52,436 nucleotides of DNA from IMG/VR virus record IMGVR_UViG_3300025168_010295, positions 1-52,436 of that record. The stretch is one strand, 5' to 3'. The translations under genes and the position numbers were made by a program. The notes beneath the pieces were generated by a model that was not told the origin of the DNA, ran no database searches, and saw nothing but the letters and a program-made list of their open reading frames with translations. This stretch comes from a virus. Its lineage: Duplodnaviria > Caudoviricetes. Within the stretch, counting starts at the first letter, position 1; each line of letters opens with the position of its first letter. Below are positions 1 through 7,673 of this stretch, piece by piece.

Positions 1-978
1 GATCCATATACACCTATAGTAGGTTCTAGTTTTAGAGCTTTAGGATCGCTAGCAAGTTCACCTTTTATAGGTTTATTTGATAGCAGCCTAGCGCTAGTTT
101 CACCTCAACCTTCTTTTGGCGCTTTACCAAATAGTAATTACACTGTTGGAGCTGCTAGCGATAGTTATACTTATATTTTAGCTTCAGGTAAAAACCAGCA
201 AAATTTAAGCCCAAGGATAAGTACTGACTCTGGGGCAACGTGGAATTCACTTCCTTCACCTGTTTCAGGAACTTATAGAGCTGAAGACACAACAATGTCT
301 AAATCTGGTCAAGTTATGGTTTTAGAACCTGGAGGTAATAATAATTATATTTTTCTTTCTAATGATTATGGTAGTACATTTACTCAAGTAACATTACCTG
401 TTCCTGCAGGTTCTACTATAAACGCTAAAAGAATGGTATCTGTTTCTTCTGGTGGTAAATATATAATTGTTTCAGCTTATCTTACAAATCCTACTAATTC
501 AGGTGTGTTTGTAAGTGAAGACTATGGAGCAACATTTACAAATATTACAAGTTCTTTACCTTCACCTGTTTCAACGTCTGGGTATGACCAAGTTGTTGTT
601 TCTGGCGAAGGTCAATATCAATATTTACTTAGTCCAATTACTAATGAAAGTAAATATTCAAGTAATTATGGAGTTTCTTGGACAAATAAAAATTATGGTT
701 CTTCTGATTTTAGAGAATCATCCGCTGCTAGTGAATCTGGTCAATATGTATTGTTTCCAAGAAATACAACTACAGCTTTATATACTGATGACTTTGGCGC
801 AACAACAAGCACATCAAGTATAGGTGCTAACCAATTACGATCTTCTATTAGTAATTCAGGTCAATTTGCTATGTTTGTTACACTTACCGCTAATCAATAT
901 ATATCTACCAACTATTTAAGTAGCTTTTCAGCAATAGCTAGCACAAACATGTCAGACGGTGTACTTGTAGATGTATAG
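1..978 (+). CDS. Asp-box (BNR) repeat beta-propeller protein, 5' truncated; probable virion/receptor-binding protein
   Basis: Frame 1 is open from base 1 to the TAG at 978, so the ORF track start at 295 is internal. Repeated S-x-D/N-x-G-x-T/S-W/F motifs: STDSGATW, SNDYGSTF, SEDYGATF, SSNYGVSW, TDDFGATT. Confidence 0.75.
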   Translation, partial: DPYTPIVGSSFRALGSLASSPFIGLFDSSLALVSPQPSFGALPNSNYTVGAASDSYTYILASGKNQQNLSPRISTDSGATWNSLPSPVSGTYRAEDTTMSKSGQVMVLEPGGNNNYIFLSNDYGSTFTQVTLPVPAGSTINAKRMVSVSSGGKYIIVSAYLTNPTNSGVFVSEDYGATFTNITSSLPSPVSTSGYDQVVVSGEGQYQYLLSPITNESKYSSNYGVSWTNKNYGSSDFRESSAASESGQYVLFPRNTTTALYTDDFGATTSTSSIGANQLRSSISNSGQFAMFVTLTANQYISTNYLSSFSAIASTNMSDGVLVDV

Positions 979-987
979 TTAGCTAAT

Positions 988-1018
988 TTGTAAAAATCAC
1001 TAAAACCAAGTAAGTATA
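988..1018 (+). promoter_or_regulatory. Putative phage-sigma promoter (TTGTAAAA-N14-GTAAGTATA)
   Basis: Same two boxes with the same spacing occur on the - strand at 49230-49260; partial matches in three other intergenic gaps. Confidence 0.55.
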
Positions 1019-1075
1019 TAGAATATAACCGGCCAGGGAAATGGCAAACCAAATAGTAATTTAAAACCAAAACCA

Positions 1076-1366
1076 ATGACACTATTTTACCAGACTCAAT
1101 CGTGGAGTAGTCAACCACAAGTAACTGAAGAAACCATTAACCTTTGGAAGCATGTATCTGAAAAGAAACACTGGCGTATAGTCCAGCTACCAAACGGTTT
1201 CTACCAGACAGAATACCTAGATCCTAATAAAGAAGATTCTTGGATCGACGTAACGAGACGCGAAACCATGGAAGGAGCTGAGCAAGCAATAGATGCATCA
1301 ATATCGCACTATGAAAAAAAGCTTGGTTACTTACGCGGACCACAAGTCGTTAAAACGTTTGAATAA
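1076..1366 (+). CDS. Hypothetical phage protein
   Basis: 96-aa ORF with an A-rich leader, first gene after the putative promoter. Confidence 0.75.
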   Translation: MTLFYQTQSWSSQPQVTEETINLWKHVSEKKHWRIVQLPNGFYQTEYLDPNKEDSWIDVTRRETMEGAEQAIDASISHYEKKLGYLRGPQVVKTFE

Positions 1367-1398
1367 ATAAAATAATATAATCTAATCAAATCAAATAA

Positions 1399-2955
1399 AT
1401 GTCAGACGCTATAGTTAAAAACCTTAACTTTGGTAGCGAAGCCCGCACCAATGTATTTAAAGGTATTGATAAATTGACACAAGCTGTTAGCTCCACACTC
1501 GGGGCTAGCGGCAAATGTGTCATACTGGAAGATAACACCGGAAATCCAGTAATCACAAAAGACGGTGTTACAGTTGCAAACTCTATTATATTAAGAGACC
1601 CAGTAGAAAACATGGGTGCTACGCTTTTAAAGGAAGCTGCTAGAAAAACCGTTCAAGAAGCTGGCGATGGAACAACAACGGCTACGGTACTAGCGCACTC
1701 AATCTTAACAGAGGCTTACGAAATACTAGACATTCAAGGTTCTAGAAAAATGAAAGATGGTATAACATCTGCTGTCGATAAGGTTGTAAAATACCTAGAC
1801 AAAAACTCTGTTAAAGTTTCTGGGAATATAATAGATCAAGTAGCAACGATATCTACAAACAATGATACTAAGCTAGGTAAGATAATTGCTGATGCATTTA
1901 GAGGTGTAGATGAAACTGGTATTGTTACAATGGAGAGAACAGCCGAAAGCGATACTAAAGTAGAAATAGTAGATGGTGTTGAATATGATAAAGGCCTTAC
2001 GAATATGGCTTTTGTTACTAGCAAAACCTCTAAAACTGCTGAGCTTGAAAACCCTTTGATACTCCTTGTAGAATCACCAATTGAAAGTATTAGAAAAATA
2101 CAAAGCGTACTTGAGTATGTTATAAAAAATAACAAGGCGTTACTTATAGTTGCCGATTGCGAGCCAGCTGTTGTATCAGCTCTTGCAATGAACAAGAACA
2201 AAGGTAATATAAAAGTAAATATAATAAACGCACCTACGTACGGTATCAATAAAAAAGATATGCTATCAGATCTAGCTTTGCTAACTGGTGCTACAGTTAT
2301 AAACGAAGATCTTGGTGATGATGTAGATTTAATCACACCTGATATGCTAGGTACTTGTAAAAAAGTTATAACAAGCGAGATGGATACTATATTCCAAGTT
2401 AATCGCGATAACGAAGAAGTTGATAGTCTTGTTGAAGAAATTAAAAAAGAATTAGCTACAGCAAAAAATGCATTTGATAAAATCAAACTAGAAAAAAGAT
2501 TGTCTAGATTATCTGCAAAAGTTGCTATTGTAAAAGTTGGTGCAAACTCAGAGATTGAACTCAGTGAAAAAGCTGATAGAGTCGAAGATGCTATTTGCGC
2601 AACTAAAGCCGCGATAAAAGAAGGTATAGTATCTGGTGGTGGTATAGCGTTATTAAATGCGTCACTAGCAATAAAACCTAAAAACGAAAGCGAACAAGTT
2701 CTTTTAAAAGCCATACAAGCTCCGTTTAAAACTATATTGAAAAATGCTGGCATTAACGAATACGAGATGCCTAAGGTAAAAGGCAAAGGATTAGATGTGG
2801 TTACAGGAAATATGGTAAATATGATTAAGTCAGGTATTGTCGATCCTTTGCTAGTTACCAAGTCAGCGCTTAGAAACGCAGCTTCAGTAGCTACTACTAT
2901 TCTTTCAACCGATTGTGTAATCAATAATCTAAGGATAGATGAAAGCGATAGGTAA
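1399..2955 (+). CDS. groEL: Phage-encoded chaperonin GroEL (Cpn60)
   Basis: ITKDGVTVA, AGDGTTTATVLA, VKVGA, EDAICATKAAIKEGIVSGGG and GIVDP motifs; lacks the C-terminal GGM tail. Confidence 0.97.
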   Translation: MSDAIVKNLNFGSEARTNVFKGIDKLTQAVSSTLGASGKCVILEDNTGNPVITKDGVTVANSIILRDPVENMGATLLKEAARKTVQEAGDGTTTATVLAHSILTEAYEILDIQGSRKMKDGITSAVDKVVKYLDKNSVKVSGNIIDQVATISTNNDTKLGKIIADAFRGVDETGIVTMERTAESDTKVEIVDGVEYDKGLTNMAFVTSKTSKTAELENPLILLVESPIESIRKIQSVLEYVIKNNKALLIVADCEPAVVSALAMNKNKGNIKVNIINAPTYGINKKDMLSDLALLTGATVINEDLGDDVDLITPDMLGTCKKVITSEMDTIFQVNRDNEEVDSLVEEIKKELATAKNAFDKIKLEKRLSRLSAKVAIVKVGANSEIELSEKADRVEDAICATKAAIKEGIVSGGGIALLNASLAIKPKNESEQVLLKAIQAPFKTILKNAGINEYEMPKVKGKGLDVVTGNMVNMIKSGIVDPLLVTKSALRNAASVATTILSTDCVINNLRIDESDR

Positions 2956-3199
2956 GAACTTAATTATAAAGATACAAAAAGAAGCGTCTACTAAAACAAA
3001 AGGTGGACTTATTTTAGCTGATATGCACAGAGAAGATATACGTTACAGAAAAGCTGAAGTATTAAATACTGGAAGCGAAGTTGTAGGTGTTAAAGACGGT
3101 GATCAGATATACTTTGATCGTCATGCTGGGCATGGCATAGAAATAGATAAAGAAAAGTTTCACGTTATAAAACTACAAGACGTTGTTGTAATACTATGA
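2939..3199 (+). CDS. groES: Co-chaperonin GroES (Cpn10)
   Basis: Mobile loop KTKGGLIL, VKDGDQIYF, 86 aa; overlaps the groEL 3' end. Confidence 0.92.
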   Translation: MKAIGKNLIIKIQKEASTKTKGGLILADMHREDIRYRKAEVLNTGSEVVGVKDGDQIYFDRHAGHGIEIDKEKFHVIKLQDVVVIL

Positions 3200-3645
3200 A
3201 GCGAAGACTAGAAGCTAGTGATATTAAAGATTTAAACATCTTAAAACACTATCGGATAATTCGCAAATGGGCTTGTAGAAATAACGGTTTAAACGATGCA
3301 GAACTAGAGTTGTTAATTTACTTGGACTGCATGGACCATTTTAGTAAAAAAGATTTTGAGATGGGTTGTTACTCATTTAGCTGGGACAACAGAAGATGGA
3401 ACAGGCTTCTGAAAGAAGGTTGGATAGTAGTATGGCGTGAAAGAAACAGGACAACGCAGAAGTATAACATATATAAGGTTTCGTTTAAATGTAAAAGGCT
3501 AATCAATACTATGTACAAGATTATGGTTGGCGAGGAAGATATTCCAATTAGTGAAAGACGAAACAAGATAATGCGCGGACAGACGTATACTGATAAGGTA
3601 TTAATTACATCTGTGTATAACGTAAACAAAGATAAAAATAGATAA
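3196..3645 (+). CDS. Hypothetical protein, possible winged-helix DNA-binding protein
   Basis: ATGA-coupled to groES; MarR-like segment LNDAELELLIYL...RLLKEGWIV. Confidence 0.6.
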   Translation: MKRRLEASDIKDLNILKHYRIIRKWACRNNGLNDAELELLIYLDCMDHFSKKDFEMGCYSFSWDNRRWNRLLKEGWIVVWRERNRTTQKYNIYKVSFKCKRLINTMYKIMVGEEDIPISERRNKIMRGQTYTDKVLITSVYNVNKDKNR

Positions 3646-3646
3646 T

Positions 3647-3937
3647 ATGGACTCTAAAAATCCTTTAAAAATTATTGACCCATTAACTGGTATGGAGATG
3701 ACAATGCAACCACCTATGCCAGCGAATCAAATGGGTGCGGCTAAACCTATGTTTAATCAAACAACTCAAAACGTAGCACAACAAGTATACGGAGGTTTAG
3801 ATCAAAGACAAATGTCTATGGGACAGCAAGCACCTGTGTTTATGAGCGCTAAGCAAGAAGAAGCGTTTGGCCCAGGTAGTAAAGTATATGAAAGTGGTAA
3901 TACAGCTATATACGAAGGTTTAAAAGAAAAAGAATAA
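3647..3937 (+). CDS. Hypothetical Met/Gln-rich protein
   Basis: 96-aa ORF tightly packed in the operon. Confidence 0.7.
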   Translation: MDSKNPLKIIDPLTGMEMTMQPPMPANQMGAAKPMFNQTTQNVAQQVYGGLDQRQMSMGQQAPVFMSAKQEEAFGPGSKVYESGNTAIYEGLKEKE

Positions 3938-3947
3938 ATAAATAATT

Positions 3948-4151
3948 ATGCACGAAAATATAAGTAAGTTACTAGGCAAGCCTACGTTAGAAGGGCAAGT
4001 AGGAGAGTCTCATGTTTGGGACGGGCCATTAAATACTACTGGTTTTCCAATGGGTAGTGGTAGTAGTTCAGGTATTACAGGTATGCAATTAAAAAAATAT
4101 CCTTGCAAATACCAAGCTGGACCAATAACTCAAAGAGCTAAAGGATTTTAA
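3948..4151 (+). CDS. Hypothetical protein
   Basis: 67-aa ORF with A/T-rich leader, packed in the operon. Confidence 0.65.
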   Translation: MHENISKLLGKPTLEGQVGESHVWDGPLNTTGFPMGSGSSSGITGMQLKKYPCKYQAGPITQRAKGF

Positions 4152-4152
4152 G

Positions 4153-4308
4153 ATGACTTTAGGAGATTTTAAACTTTATGTTATAAATACAACTACGCTA
4201 GGTATAACAACATTTGCAGAAATAGAAATGAGTTTAAAGGTATTGCTTTTATTAGTAACTATTGGTTACACAGTAAATAAATGGATAAAACTTAAAAACA
4301 ATAAGTAG
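4153..4308 (+). CDS. Small membrane protein, probable holin (not in ORF track)
   Basis: 51 aa MTLGDFKLYVINTTTLGITTFAEIEMSLKVLLLLVTIGYTVNKWIKLKNNK; hydrophobic helix plus basic tail; its stop overlaps the endolysin GTG start. Confidence 0.65.
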   Translation: MTLGDFKLYVINTTTLGITTFAEIEMSLKVLLLLVTIGYTVNKWIKLKNNK

Positions 4309-4670
4309 TGTTTAAATACTTTACTTACGAAGAGTTCGATTCGCCTGACGTACAAGGTAGCGGGCAAATGATGAGTAAAGATATTATACTTATACTTGAA
4401 AGCGTTAGAGCTGAGCTAGGTAAACCTGTTGTTATAACATCAGGTTATCGCACTTCGGCACATAACGAAAAAGTAGGTGGGAAACCTAACTCATCTCATT
4501 TAAAAGGTCTAGCAGTTGATATAGCCTGCAAAGACAGTAGATACAGGTTTGAACTTGTAAGAGAATTAATGGAACACGGTATAGACCGTATAGGTATTGG
4601 TAATACTTTTATTCATATAGATATTGATGAAAGTAAATCACCTGATGTAATCTGGACATATGGCAACTGA
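4308..4670 (+). CDS. Peptidase M15 family endolysin (Zn-dependent peptidoglycan peptidase)
   Basis: ITSGYR...HN..VGG..NSSH.KG.A.DI and FIHID motifs. Confidence 0.88.
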   Translation: MFKYFTYEEFDSPDVQGSGQMMSKDIILILESVRAELGKPVVITSGYRTSAHNEKVGGKPNSSHLKGLAVDIACKDSRYRFELVRELMEHGIDRIGIGNTFIHIDIDESKSPDVIWTYGN

Positions 4671-4929
4671 TAAGAAAACACTTAAGTGTAACAAACCTCG
4701 GCGTACGCCAGATCACAAAACTAAATCGCACGTAGTTAGAGCTTGTTCTGCGGGTAAAGAAAAGATTATACGCTTTGGTCAGCAAGGTGTAACAACAGCA
4801 GGTAAGCCAAAGAGTGGTGAGTCTGCAAAACAAAAAGCACGTAGAGCTAGTTTTAAAGCTCGCCACGCAAAGAATATTAAAAAAGGTAAAATGTCTGCCG
4901 CCTATTGGGCTGACAAAGTAAAATGGTAA
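4660..4929 (+). CDS. Small highly basic phage protein
   Basis: 89 aa Lys/Arg-rich; IIRFG...RRASFKARH...SAAYW pattern typical of conserved phage basic proteins. Confidence 0.8.
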   Translation: MATDKKTLKCNKPRRTPDHKTKSHVVRACSAGKEKIIRFGQQGVTTAGKPKSGESAKQKARRASFKARHAKNIKKGKMSAAYWADKVKW

Positions 4930-5183
4930 TTATGCACAAAGGACATTACGGACAGTACACAGGCAACGCCAAATGGTCGAGAGATCACGCACACACTAAA
5001 GTAACTAAAGGAAACTACGATGCTGCTAAGAAAGATGATGAAGCACATATGCAATATCTTAAAGAAGATGTCATATATGATTCACGTCACGGAGGTAGCG
5101 ACAAGCAAATGACAGATGATGAGAAACATATTTCGAAGTTAGCTGGCGATTTAAAATACGATAACAAAAAGTTTAAAAAATAA
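4923..5183 (+). CDS. Hypothetical His/Asp-rich protein
   Basis: ORF in operon with internal repeat DDEAHMQYLKED / DDEKHISKLAGD. Confidence 0.7.
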   Translation: MVIMHKGHYGQYTGNAKWSRDHAHTKVTKGNYDAAKKDDEAHMQYLKEDVIYDSRHGGSDKQMTDDEKHISKLAGDLKYDNKKFKK

Positions 5184-5187
5184 TATT

Positions 5188-5649
5188 ATGCCTTACGGAA
5201 AAACACCAATGAAAAAGAAAGGATCAATGATGCAAATGGGTCATGATTCAGCTGCTAAAATGTATGGTAGCAAATCAGCTATGAAGATGGGACACGATTC
5301 AGCTATGAAGATGGGTCACGATTCAGCTATGAAAATGGGTCATGAAGGATCTGCAATGAAAAACCTTAATAAAGGTTATGGACAGCAAGTAAAATCACCT
5401 ATGAAAATGCAGGGTTCTTGGATGTCAAAACATTCAAAATCAGCTATGCATATGGGTCATTCACCTATGAAAATGGAATCTATTAAGCAAGAAAAGAAAA
5501 ACTTAATGCAAGATATGCCTGTTGATGACAAAGCATCTGCAATGCAAATGGGTCACAGTCCTATGAAAAAATACGACAGAGTTGTATTAGGTGGGAACAA
5601 AGGAGATAAGTCAAAAACCAAGCCAGGTAAAAAAGACTTTATGAAATAA
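5188..5649 (+). CDS. Low-complexity Met/Lys/His-rich repeat protein
   Basis: Repeated SAMKMGH(D)/SPMKM units across 153 aa. Confidence 0.8.
   Translation: MPYGKTPMKKKGSMMQMGHDSAAKMYGSKSAMKMGHDSAMKMGHDSAMKMGHEGSAMKNLNKGYGQQVKSPMKMQGSWMSKHSKSAMHMGHSPMKMESIKQEKKNLMQDMPVDDKASAMQMGHSPMKKYDRVVLGGNKGDKSKTKPGKKDFMK
5275..5346 (+). repeat. Three tandem 24-bp coding repeats (TCAGCTATGAARATGGGWCAYGAW)
   Basis: Read directly; encode SAMKMGHD/E. Confidence 0.9.
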
Positions 5650-5678
5650 AACAGAAAGGACTGTATAAACCTTAGCCA

Positions 5679-5712
5679 AACACTAACACTAACACTAACA
5701 CTAACACTAACA
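5679..5712 (+). repeat. Hexamer microsatellite (AACACT)5+AACA in the leader of the 5717 gene
   Basis: Perfect repeats ending 4 nt before the ATG at 5717. Confidence 0.95.
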
Positions 5713-5716
5713 AAAA

Positions 5717-6106
5717 ATGGCAAAGTATATTAAATTTAACTTAACAACTCCAGGTGGTACTACCGGTTCTGAACTATTGATTAATATTGATCAAATCACA
5801 AGACTTGTAACCGCCTCGACAACTACAACTGATATCTTTTTTGACAACGTTGTAACTGCTACAAAAAAATGGACTATAACACATACAGCACCTTTAGTTG
5901 CTAATGCCGTGTTAGATGCTATTCAAAGCGCAATGACTGCAAACCCAGGTGGCGTAAGATCTACAGTGGTAGGACCAATTAATACTGCACAAGTACCTGC
6001 TGCTCAAGGAGCTGGAGCTGCTGACGGTAGAGGTCCAAATGGTCAATTACTTATTACGCAACCGCAAGTTAATGTAACATTTACATCAGCTGCATTTACT
6101 GCATAA
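5717..6106 (+). CDS. Hypothetical protein, probable virion structural/decoration protein
   Basis: 129 aa, Thr/Ala/Gly-rich beta-type composition. Confidence 0.7.
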   Translation: MAKYIKFNLTTPGGTTGSELLINIDQITRLVTASTTTTDIFFDNVVTATKKWTITHTAPLVANAVLDAIQSAMTANPGGVRSTVVGPINTAQVPAAQGAGAADGRGPNGQLLITQPQVNVTFTSAAFTA

Positions 6107-6107
6107 T

Positions 6108-6263
6108 ATGAAATCTAGAGGTTTAGGAGACGATATAGAAAAGTTTACTAAAGCTACTGGAGTAAAAACCGTAGTAGATAAAGTCGCAGAGGGTTTAAAT
6201 ATCCCCTGCGGCTGTTCTGCTCGTAAAGAATGGTTTAATAAAAAGTTCCCTTATACAAACTAA
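6108..6263 (+). CDS. Small GLGD...CGC-motif phage protein (not in ORF track)
   Basis: 51 aa MKSRGLGDDIEKFTKATGVKTVVDKVAEGLNIPCGCSARKEWFNKKFPYTN; TAATG overlap with the next gene. Confidence 0.75.
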   Translation: MKSRGLGDDIEKFTKATGVKTVVDKVAEGLNIPCGCSARKEWFNKKFPYTN

Positions 6264-6571
6264 TGGCATTTAAACTGGACAAACCACCTTATTCAGGTGA
6301 TAATACACCTATCTACCGAGTGAATATGGAAGATGGAGTTCTTGGTAAAGCTAATAATAATGGAACTGTAATCTTAAGACAAGGCATGACGCCTGAACAA
6401 GAAGATAAAGTTATTGACCACGAGATGGTTCATATAGATCAAATGCTTAGAGGTGATTTAGATTATGACGATAAGTATGTATATTGGAAAGGTAGAAAAA
6501 TACCTAGGTCTAGCATGAAAGAAGGGGCAAAGAATTTGCCTTGGGAAAAAGAAGCATACGATAAAGCATGA
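6263..6571 (+). CDS. Small zincin-like metallopeptidase
   Basis: HEMVH (HExxH) motif and a downstream PWEKEA glutamate. Confidence 0.75.
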   Translation: MAFKLDKPPYSGDNTPIYRVNMEDGVLGKANNNGTVILRQGMTPEQEDKVIDHEMVHIDQMLRGDLDYDDKYVYWKGRKIPRSSMKEGAKNLPWEKEAYDKA

Positions 6572-6963
6572 AAAAAATTCTTCAATTTATAACTGGAGGT
6601 CTCGTTAAAGATATAGGTCAAATAATAGATGATCTAGTAACTACCGATGAAGAAAGACTTGCAGCTAAGCAAAAAGTTGAAGAGCTGCTAGAGCAAGCAG
6701 ATAAAGATGCTCAAGATGAAGTAACTAAAAGATGGGAGTCAGATATGAACTCTGATTCTTTTTTATCTAAGAATATAAGGCCAATGGTTCTTATATACCT
6801 TACTTTTATATTTACTGTACTATCTTTTTTTGATGGTAATGTAGGTGGGTTTAAAGTATCAGAAGAATATATACCAATATTCCAATCATTACTAATAACT
6901 GTGTATGGTGCTTATTTTGTAGGTCGTACGTGGGAAAAATCAAAAAAAATAAATAATAAATAA
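6568..6963 (+). CDS. Holin-like membrane protein (GTA-type 3TM holin family)
   Basis: RWESDM.SDS.LSKNIRP motif followed by hydrophobic helices and GAYFVGRTWEK. Confidence 0.75.
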   Translation: MKKILQFITGGLVKDIGQIIDDLVTTDEERLAAKQKVEELLEQADKDAQDEVTKRWESDMNSDSFLSKNIRPMVLIYLTFIFTVLSFFDGNVGGFKVSEEYIPIFQSLLITVYGAYFVGRTWEKSKKINNK

Positions 6964-6965
6964 TT

Positions 6966-7517
6966 ATGGGACAATTCGGTAATCAACCTGATTTCGCTAC
7001 AAACAATGTTAAGGCAATAACACCTAGTGACACTATTAGCTCAGCAAACAACCTAGGCGGATCACTTATATACGTAGGTGATAACACCACAACTGGTACT
7101 AATATGAATGTTATAGTATCAGGCGTAATAGGAGGTTTTGGTGTGCAAACTTTAGCTACAGTACCACCTAACCAAGCTGTAGGTACTGGGTATACTACTA
7201 ATGCTGGACCTTTAGCTACAACAACAAACGGCTCAGGTACTAACTGTACTGTAAGTATAACTGCTGTAGCAGGTGCTATAACTAACGTTAAAATCACAGC
7301 CGCTGGTGTTGGCTACGAAGCTGGTGACACTGTAACAGTAACACAAGGTGGTGGTGCTAGCGGTACATTTACAGTAACAGCTTTATCTGCTCTACCTCCA
7401 ACAGCTGCTAATGCAGTTTTGTTTAGAGGCTTACAAACAGGTGGATTTTTACCTGTAACTGTAGATTATGTACTTGCAACAGGAACAACAGTAGAACAAC
7501 TTATAGCAGCTCAGTAA
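6966..7517 (+). CDS. Virion structural protein with Gly/Thr-rich beta module
   Basis: 183 aa; GTGY...GVGY..GD module shared with the 22248 and 26226 proteins. Confidence 0.7.
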   Translation: MGQFGNQPDFATNNVKAITPSDTISSANNLGGSLIYVGDNTTTGTNMNVIVSGVIGGFGVQTLATVPPNQAVGTGYTTNAGPLATTTNGSGTNCTVSITAVAGAITNVKITAAGVGYEAGDTVTVTQGGGASGTFTVTALSALPPTAANAVLFRGLQTGGFLPVTVDYVLATGTTVEQLIAAQ

Positions 7518-7518
7518 C

Positions 7519-7665
7519 ATGGCGATAGGCTTAGGTGTAGGTAATGACATACCCGGAAATCTTTTAGGCAACAACGCGGCGCCTCCTCCAGTTTTTAGAA
7601 TATTAGCAGAGAACGGAGATTTTCTTATATCTGAGATAGATAACAAATTTATTATAGTAGAATAA
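7519..7665 (+). CDS. Small tail-associated protein (not in ORF track)
   Basis: 48 aa MAIGLGVGNDIPG...ILAENGDFLISE; fills the gap before the tail fibre gene. Confidence 0.65.
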   Translation: MAIGLGVGNDIPGNLLGNNAAPPPVFRILAENGDFLISEIDNKFIIVE

Positions 7666-7673
7666 TACACATT

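Noticed and set aside
1836-2924. 362-aa antisense ORF within groEL
   Set aside because: Shadow frame of a conserved gene; no recognisable motifs. The same applies to other nested/antisense ORFs such as 36675-37178 and 40286-40723.
5275-5346. CRISPR-like direct repeats
   Set aside because: The 24-bp units are contiguous with no spacers and vary at third codon positions; they are coding repeats.
5679-5712. Telomere-like repeat (TTAGTG)n marking a genome end
   Set aside because: Internal, short and within a continuous operon.
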